A stretch of DNA of 64,000 bases from Eledone cirrhosa (Eukaryota): positions 345,092,001 to 345,156,000 of the forward strand of contig OZ024741.1 in the NCBI GenBank assembly GCA_964016885.1, in the 5' to 3' direction. Under the pieces are notes generated by a model, which did no database searches, was not told where the DNA came from, and worked only from the letters and a program-made list of their open reading frames with translations. Below are positions 55,577 to 64,000 of this stretch, piece after piece. How positions within the stretch are numbered: position 1 is the first letter of the stretch; the number at the start of each line of letters is the position of its first letter. A program made the translations under genes and the position numbers.

Positions 55577-57101
55577 TACATAGATACTGTAATCATCATA
55601 AAATTTACAAATAGGTTTATCACAAAAAAAGAAATGCGACGTATACGTCATACCAGATATTTTTTGACAGCGGAACAGCTAATTCTTGATGAATGTAAAA
55701 TATTTAAAATGGAAACGCCTCTTACTGTTCTATTGCCTCTGACCTCTTACTTTACTAAACATGCTTAAGCCTATGAAAATATTGGCAGTTTATTCTTCTT
55801 CCGTAAGTTAAAATATTTAACTGGAATGACTTTAGTCAATGAGATAAAAAAAAAATTGGCTAATGCTTCTGAATTGTGTATTGTAATGAATTACTGGAAC
55901 ATTACGTTGTCCACAATGATGTAGACAATATTCTCTCAAAAATATATAGTATAGTCATTTCAAATGAATTTGAATCTCTTTCTATAGACAGAAAAAGTGG
56001 CCAGCTGCTGCTACAAGGAGACGGCTGGCCACTTTTTCGACTATAGGGGTACTATACTCGATTTTCCAAGCTATTGTTCATAGCAATCGACTGTGGCTAC
56101 AATTATTTTGCAGGTTTGGGATTCCTATATCAAATATAAATTAAACGCTTCGATACTTCAGATTTACGATGTTATTTCATTCGTTGTTTAAAAACAAATG
56201 ATTTTTGTTTATCTGAATGCATCTTCTCGGTGTGGTCTTCCATAATTTACTGCATCATATTAAAATGATTTTTTACCTAACAAAAACATCTTATTAACCA
56301 GCAACTCCAGGTGGAGTCGTAGGGTCGCCGTAGTCATATACGGTGTTTCTTGGACATTTTTAAAACCTGGTAAAGCCCATCTTCTCTTAATGTCTGAACA
56401 CAGCCGATTTCTTGCAGAGAAGCAGAGACGGAGAGTGATAGAGATGGAGTGAGAAAGAGATATAGAGGGAAAATCGACCCCAGTACTGAAATGGTATTTT
56501 TTTATCGACATCGAAACGATGACAATTAAAGTTAACATTGACGGGACTTGAACTCAAAGAGCAGAAAACCGGAACGAATACTGTAAAGCATTCTATCCTA
56601 CGTTCTAACGACTGTCCATTTGTCACCTCAACAAACACAACAAAATTAACAAAATAAGTATTGTCAACAAAATTAAAGCTAAAACGATATATTTGTGTAA
56701 CATTTATTTCTTTATAAATGATCTATTTTCTATATGGAGTCCGCAGAACTATTTCGTAATTCACTAAAAGCTTTATACAATAAAATTTAGCCTCAGCTCA
56801 GACCCAACCGAACAGACATGATCAAAGGCATCCAGCCGTTATCATCCTGTGTATTTCTTATCTACAGGGAACTCAGGATGATATTATTCAACGTGCCTTT
56901 ACCAGATTTGGGAGAGATCTTGTTATTTTTGCTACTTTTAGCAAGAGGAGCGACCATGTAGAGACTCCCACGTTGGCTCACTGGGGAGGTCGATTAAATA
57001 ATTTAAACTCCATTCAATTTCCACAAATCTTTGTGGTGTTGTAAACGTGAGAAAACAATATATATTTTTCTGTTTAATGTTCGTGGTAACTTAGAGTTGA
57101 A

Positions 57102-57296
57102 TCATGCTCGATAAGGAGCAAAAGGTGTGTATTGTTGATAGGAAAACAAACTGTAACAATTGCATGGTGGTTGGCTTGACGGCTGTAGATAGTTTAATAA
57201 ATTATCTGTAGGAAACAAATCTTTCGACATATCCAGAGTTTCCCGGCATTTATCGCGCTTGGATTTGGTCCTTCGGTTTTGAAACCAAACTTTCAC
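57102..57296 (-). CDS. Vax: Vax homeobox gene, last coding exon (helix 3 + C-terminus)
   Basis: VKVWFQNRRTKSKRD...* preceded by the acceptor TTTTAG (AG at 57298-57297); phase 0 join to ...LTETQ. Confidence 0.92.
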   Translation of the reverse strand: MKVWFQNRRTKSKRDKCRETLDMSKDLFPTDNLLNYLQPSSQPPCNCYSLFSYQQYTPFAPYRA

Positions 57297-57787
57297 CTAA
57301 AATCAAATAAAATGTAATACAGATGTAGATAATTAATGTCAACAAATAAACAAAGATAAGAACGCAAACGAAACAGTTTTTAACTAGCAACAACCACACC
57401 ATAGACATAGCACACTGACCACTGACACCTCATATATGTTTATAGGATATAGGATACTATCTATATTATTGGTACGCGGATTCTCTGTATATATATATAT
57501 ATATATACGAGGATCGGAATTAAGAGTATTCCGCAGTTCACAGTAATAATAATAATATTAGCTCAAAGAAGAATAGAGAATTTTCTTCTGAGCTCAGATA
57601 CAAATATATTACACAAAGAGAAGTGTGTTATACAGTGAGATGTGTGTAAAGAATTATTACAAGTGAATTTTACCGTTACTATATAGAGAACAATATCTAC
57701 AGGTTTAGCAATTAAATAGAAAAAAACTAAGTCAGAATCAAATCTCTGAAGTACTTCAGAGATTTGATTCTCTTTGTGTAATATATT

Positions 57788-57834
<47 letters not shown>

Positions 57835-57837
<3 letters not shown>

Positions 57838-58167
57838 CCCCACTCGGTCACGGATGACCATGGTTTTGCACCTAGAAAGTTTCCCTTCGAGGCACAAGCC
57901 TGGGCAAGGTTGTTTGAGGAAGACCAGCAGTCGCCCATGCATACCAGTCTCCCCTCTCCACACAACCGATGATGTCCAAGGGAAAGGCAATGACCGATAC
58001 AGCTTTGCACCAGTGACGTCGCAACTCATTTCTACAGCTGAGTAAACTGGAGTAACGTGAAATAAAGTGTCTTGCTCAAGGACACAATGCATCAGCCGGT
58101 CCGAGAATCGAACTCACAACCTCTCAATTGCAAGCCCAATGCGCTAACCACTAAGCCATGCACCTTC
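57835..58167 (-). mobile_element. tRNA-derived SINE in Vax intron
   Basis: Minus strand TGGCTTAGTGG...GTTCGATTC...CCTTGAGCAAGACACTT; same head as 1430-1772. Confidence 0.8.
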
Positions 58168-58239
58168 ACTTCACACCAGTAAAGTACTGGGATTGATATA
58201 TAATCAACTTTTTCCTTCCTATAAAATTATATTCCTCTA

Positions 58240-61200
58240 ATATATATATATAACATTGAAAAAGTGGAGAATAACATGGTCAACAGTACAAAAAAGGGGA
58301 TTTATTTACAGTCTAACAATTGTTTCACTGATAAAGTTGTCTAAAAATTGCTGAACACTAGAAGCAGTGCCACTCAATTTTAAATACGATGTTAGCTCGA
58401 TCAGATCTTCGGAAACTGTTATAAAAAATATATATAACCGGCAAATTTACAAATTCAAATTACATCATCAATAATAATATTAATAATAAAGATAGAGAGA
58501 GAAAAGAAGGAAGAAAGGGAGATAGATACAGTAAAGAAAGAAAGGAAAGGAAAAAGAGAAAAGAAGAAGGAAAAAGAAAAAGAGAAAGAAGAAGAAAAAG
58601 GAGAAATTATTACAGAGAAAGATATAAAGAAAAGAAAATATATGGAAATGATGGTAGACAGAGGAGAGACAAGCATAAGTAGAAATAACGTAAGATAGAA
58701 AGAAAAATAAAGGGAAAGATAATGATATCAGCAATAAATGAATAAACGTTAATACATGAATAAATGTAAATAAAAATAAAAATAAATATATATAAAATAG
58801 ATAAAAATTGATAAATAAATAAATAAATAAATAAACAAATAAATTACATCTAATGTGATATAAAATGGTATAAAATGTGAAAAATGAAAAATGAAAATAA
58901 ATACGTAAAAGAAATAAATATGTGCGAAGAATATTTAAACATTAAAATTATTGAGAGTGGTTTTTGAGAATTGTTAAAATATATGGAGAGATATGAAGGT
59001 AAAAATATGATAATATTAAATATATTTATGTGTGTATTGGTTATTTTAATAAATAAATAAATTAATTAGTTTTAAGTTATATTATATGATAAATAAAATG
59101 TCAGAGATGAAATAAATTTAGGGAGAGAAATATAAAGATAGAGAGTGAAAGATAGAGATATATAAAATAAGAATGTAAATATAAGAGGTTTTGATGTTGT
59201 TCTTTGATAATGATGATGATGAATCTGATAATGTGATATTATAATAGATCTAAGTGGTACAATCTGGGTTATGGAATAGATAAGATAGAATTAAACTGGT
59301 CTAAAGTTCTCCAATTTGGTCGCCGATTTATGTCGACAGAAAATAGTTCTTTCGATTTTACTGTTAAAAAGCATTTTGTTGTAATTTAAAATTTGGAAAA
59401 GTTCTATATTACAGAGATCGCAGTGGGACATACCAATTTGATAGGCCGTTGCTTTTGATAGCTTCGACCAGCTGATTTTATATTCCATGTTTGCATCCTT
59501 GAGTTGCCAGATTTTATTGGCGAGAGTCGTTGTGTTTAAGAGGTTCCTGTTAATTTGAGAGTGTCTGTGGACGTACCACCTTTTCTTAAACTCCACAGCT
59601 GTGGAACCAATGTAATGCCATGCTAAGCTACCTGAATTTATAGTACATAGGTATACTATATTTGTCTCTAGGCATCTATTTTGTAAAGGGCATTTGTCAG
59701 GTAGATGGCAGTTACATTTATATGCTTTTCTATGCGCCGGTTCTTCGATATAGTTTTGTAGGTTACTATGTATGGGCTGAGAATTGGGTTTGTTGATGTA
59801 TTGTGGTGATGTGTTCTGACGTGTGTTTGGTTGTGATGATGTTATATGCTTATGTTTTGTATTTGGTGTTATGGTACTTATTTGCGGGCCACTTGTATTA
59901 TAAATTCTTTTATAGTTAATTTTATGTATGTGCGATTCTATATTGTTGGCAGTGGAGTATGATAGTTTGATAGTTTTTCTATTAAAGATTTTATGATATT
60001 TATGAATTTTAGGGAAGTGTTTGTCAACCAATTTGAAGAAAGTGTAAGGTAGTTTTATTTTTATAGAGGAGTTAAACATTGGATTGAACCATAAGTAGTT
60101 TCTATTTCTGCATCTTCTATAGTTATTAGTGGTCTTTGTATTAGTATTCTGTTCCTTTAATTTACGTGCTTGTTGCCAATTTTTATGTTTAGTCCTAGGT
60201 TTGTTGTTTCTATAGGTGTGGATAGTGCTAATAATATTAAGTGTGTTGTTATTTTTTGTATCTGGTATGTATTTGAGTCTCTCTTTATGGCATGCTTTAA
60301 GTAAAGCTATGTTGTAGTAGTTAGCGTGTTCATTAAAAATCTCTAGGTTAGAAGATAGGCGCGAGATTCTAAGGGATTTACTGTGTGCTATGGAGTTTAT
60401 TCTGGATTGAGGATGATTAGAGTTATAATCAATGTAAGCTAAATTTTCATTATTTTTATTATACATACATATATACATACATTCATTTACATATGTATAT
60501 AGCTATGCATTTATACATTTGTATATACACGTGCATTTATATTTAAGTGTGTAAGGATATTGACATGATTATTTATGGGGGGGGGGGGGTAGGGGGGGTA
60601 CGGAGAGAATTCTGTCTCCAGATTTTATTACCTAGGGAGATTAAATACCACAGCTCTGGCTGAAAGGTGACCAGGTTCTCAACCTCATCAAACACTAACG
60701 CAGGCCTGTGTGTGTATATGTGTGTAACCTATGCTAGCGTGGAAAGTGGACGTTAAACGAGGATGATGACGATCATGATGATGTATGTATGTATGTATGT
60801 ATGTACATATGCATGTGTGTGTATCACCATTGCTTCTTTTTGTTGTCATTTCTGTTGAAGTTGTTCTTGTAACTGTTGTCAAAGTTGAAGTCTTTATGTT
60901 CATTTTCTTTGATTTCTTTTGTTTTTCTTTTATCTCCCTATGGAATTTGTTGACAAGCTTCTATAATTTATTTTCTTCGTTTTATTCATTCAAATGCATT
61001 CCCACTGGCTGTCTAAGAGACGTACAAATATGACTTATAAAACTTACCAAACTAAAAGGGCTTCCAGCGCCCTCCAAAGCTTCAAAAGCCCCCCTCGCTG
61101 CAAAGCGACCCCCCCCCCTGGAGCTCCGAAAAGCCGGGGGGGGGGGCATATGCCCCCCGTTGAGAACCTTTGGTCTAATTTATTAAACCAATCTGTTGCT

Positions 61201-61790
61201 TCATTTGTGTTACCCCAGAGCTGAATTATTAGTTGTTCTTTAATTTGTGGTATTATTCTATCTAGTATAAACTTGCTAATTCTGCTTATATCTGATTTTG
61301 ATGGACATATTAATCTAATAGTAGGGTTAGTTTCGAATTTATATTTATGATCCTTCAGATTAAAAGTGGGTTTACAAGGGGTTAGAGGTTCGGTTCTATC
61401 GGATATTTTAAGTTGTTTTACTATGTTAAGGCCTTCCTTGTTAATGCTATTGAGTGTAGACTCTGTAGTTTTCTTGTATTTTTTATGTAATTCCCGGCGT
61501 ATAAAGTTGCTGTATGTATTAAGGCTCATGGTGTATACATTTGATGTTTTGTCTGCCTTTACTATAATACCGTTGGTGCCACGTATTTTTTTAGTAGTGC
61601 ATTGATGTTATTTTGCAGTTTGTTATGATGTTTTTTGAATTTAATTTCTTTTATCATGTTCATGAGGTCAAGTTCAAAGGCATCAAGTTGTGGGTTGCTT
61701 GGTGGATTTTTGCAGGATCTAAACCCATATTTTTCACTGGTACAAAAACGAACACATCATAACAAACTGCAAAATAACATCAATGCATAA
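58240..61790 (-). mobile_element. Disrupted Penelope-like element in Vax intron (related to the palindromic family)
   Basis: N-terminal piece to ~61172 (FNLKDHK..NPTIRLICPSKSDI) and thumb-to-GIY-YIG piece 59291-60478 (SNHP, CNC..CPL..C, IVY...YIGST). RT core is replaced by ~0.7 kb of unrelated repeats; short 5' inversion at ~61752-61787. Confidence 0.88.
58308..58419 (-). ncRNA. Hammerhead motif (CCGANGA variant) in PLE 3' region inside Vax intron
   Basis: Minus strand ACAGTTT-CCGAAGA-T-CTGAT...ATCAG-T-GAAA-CAATTG-TT-AGACTGT. Confidence 0.7.
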
Positions 61791-61941
61791 ATATGAGAAC
61801 AAAAGAATAAATGTGAGAACAAACAATCATTCTAACTTTTGAAAATCTACTTGAATTGCCAACATAGTGGATGTATTTCAATAAGCGAGGTATGTATGCT
61901 ACGAACACAAACGCATACACACGCAGAATTACATTACCTAC

Positions 61942-62129
61942 CTGTGTTTCTGTCAGACAAAGACGTTTGGCAAGTAGGGACCTCTCTTTGCCAACCATAT
62001 ATTGTTTTCGTTGGAACTCTTCTTCTAGAAAATACAGCTGTTCCTTAGAAAAAGTAGTTCGTGATCTTTTAGGTCGGTCAAGGTCGAGTGCTTTAGGGAA
62101 AACCAGCTCCCGTATTACACCATTGGCGT
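61942..62129 (-). CDS. Vax: Vax homeobox gene, internal coding exon (pre-homeodomain motif + helices 1-2)
   Basis: (D)[62 protein letters not shown] matches the Vax-diagnostic [20 protein letters not shown] motif; TTTTCAG acceptor and CAG|GTAGGT donor; 188 nt. Confidence 0.92.
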
Positions 62130-62353
62130 CTGAAAAGAGAAGGCATGTTTTATATATCTTAATTTAGGTTACAATTAGTGAATCATAATTTTCTTGGTTA
62201 AAGATATCGAATGGGCCCTTTGATGGTCTACTAGATTCCAGACGGAGGCAAAAATATGGAAGTGTCTGTAAATCGGTAGAGAACAACTATTGCAAGGGAC
62301 GTCTAATAATATACATTACACACACACACACACATATACGATAGACGTCCCTT

Positions 62354-62416
<63 letters not shown>

Positions 62417-62597
62417 TTGTGTGTGTTTGTGTGTGTGCGTGTGTGTATGTGTGTGTGTGTGTGTACAATATGTACAATAAATGTCTGAATATAAAGTTTT
62501 ATTCTTTTTTCTAACTTTTATAACTTTCATAAAGTTATTTACATATTGAGCATTTGTAAATTTTGTAAATAAAATCGGATGGTTCTTTTTACACACC

Positions 62598-62656
<59 letters not shown>

Positions 62657-62723
62657 ATAAATGAAAGAAACAAAACATAGGAGGCAATTTTTGCAGTTGT
62701 ATTAGGAGTAATATAACATCCCA

Positions 62724-63600
62724 TCTCTCTCTATATATTAAATTCTTTGTCTCTCTGTCTGTCGATCTGTCTCTTCCTTATACATTCTCAAACGGTTCGA
62801 CCAAATCAAATCAAATTTTATAAGGTAATAGTATTAGACCCCAGGATTAACAACATGTAATTTTTATTTTCATTTGGATTAAAACAATATAACATTTTAT
62901 CTAAAATAATCTACTATAGACTATAAGTAAACGGACATTTTGTAACACGACAACGACGTCAGATTTTGTATATTAGTGTGTATGTGTCTGTGAGTGTGTG
63001 TTTGTGTTTGCGCGTTCGTTACATACGTTAGGCCTTAGTAAGTTACATACACACACATCTTCACGTAAATATTTAATCGGATACACAGAGAATTAAACAC
63101 ACACACACACATCTACACATATATATACATATGTGATGACTGACAACTATATGTGTGTGAGTGTATGTGAGTTTGAATTTAAGAGGATTCAGTTTCCAGT
63201 CAAATTTTGTTAATTGAAATAACAAAACCAAGTTTTGTTATTTCAATTAACAAATCTCAGGGTCAATCCCGGAAGTTAGTTGGACTTGATCTCTCTACTA
63301 CATCTTTCTCCCACGGTCCACTCTATGTTGGTTGCTCACGAGTTGGAAGTAGCAACAATGTATTCATTTGGACAGCAACAAAAAATTACGCAATGAATAT
63401 TGTTTACCCTGAGGTGCTTCAACATTGACAGATTTTCATTTCTAAATACTATTATCATTACAAATTTGATAAATTCTTTTTTATAGAATATAGATATTTT
63501 GAAATAATCATGAGGAAAAATATATATATCTTCATATTTATTGTTTAATAATCTGAATAAAAACAACAGTAACTTGGGCAACGCCAGGACACTCAGCTAG
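62724..63600 (+). mobile_element. Internally deleted Helitron with PIF1-like helicase C-terminal remnant
   Basis: KRIQFPV...INKSQGQS...GLDL...FSHG.LYVGCSRV...NIVYPEVL (63180-63428); A|TC start and CTAG|T end. Confidence 0.75.
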
Positions 63601-63616
63601 TATATATATATATGGG

Positions 63617-64000
63617 ATGCTGTTTAACGATTACTCCTTTGCGTATGCTCCAAATGAATTTGTTGGGGAGATTGTAAACAAGATCGAAATCACTGGATAT
63701 CGATCTAAACCCTTATTATGTCCCCTCTCGTCCCTCTTGTACGTATTGGCTCTCGAGCCGTTACTGCACAAACTGGGGGCGATGAGGGGCGTCCCACGCG
63801 AACTAGGATGCGGGAAATCCGAGTCGGCTTACGCCGACAACATCACTATGGTGGTATCGAGCACCAGACACGTCCAGATGCTCGGCACCGCTCTCAAGGA
63901 ATACGAAGCGGTGACAGGAGCAAAGATAAACCTGGAGAGGCAAATCCATGCCGTCCGACAGCGTCGTGGGGCGTTGGACGGACGGACCGGTTAAATTGCT
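63617..64000 (+). mobile_element. Tx1/L1-like reverse transcriptase fragment
   Basis: CPLSSLLYVLALEPLL...SAYADNIT...YEAVTGAKIN. Confidence 0.75.

Noticed and set aside
60671-61173. hAT-like MITE (GGTTCTCAAC termini) interrupting the intronic PLE
   Set aside because: One terminus is imperfect, no 8-bp TSD was found and the interior is a mosaic; boundaries are unsupported.
61780-61998. ORF read-through ETQVGNVIL... as the Vax C-terminus
   Set aside because: Runs into the intron past a canonical GT donor; helix 3 lies in the exon starting at 57296.

Overview
AT-rich eukaryotic nuclear DNA, saturated with microsatellites, from an octopod cephalopod (inferred from the embedded mitochondrial gene order and sequence). 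Most short ORFs in the track are (TA)n/(CA)n artefacts. Main content: (1) two coding exons of a Vax homeobox gene (minus strand, 62129-61942 and 57296-57102); (2) a ~14.2 kb, nearly whole-genome mitochondrial insertion (NUMT, ~36186-50360) with frameshifts and a large internal deletion; (3) an ~11.5 kb near-perfect palindrome made of two head-to-head Penelope-like elements (PLE; RT + GIY-YIG, identical 641-aa ORFs); (4) more than 15 type I hammerhead ribozyme (HHR) motifs. These include a 466-bp tandem retrozyme-like array, a diverged sister family, long-stem-II HHRs with a CCGANGA core variant, and one HHR on the sense strand of the Vax intron. Most of the PLE/HHR insertions are head-to-head inverted structures anchored in (TA)n at both ends, which suggests a shared two-ended priming mechanism. 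LTR, Tx1, RTE, SINE, Helitron and MITE remnants are also present. All calls were made by eye and many boundaries are approximate.
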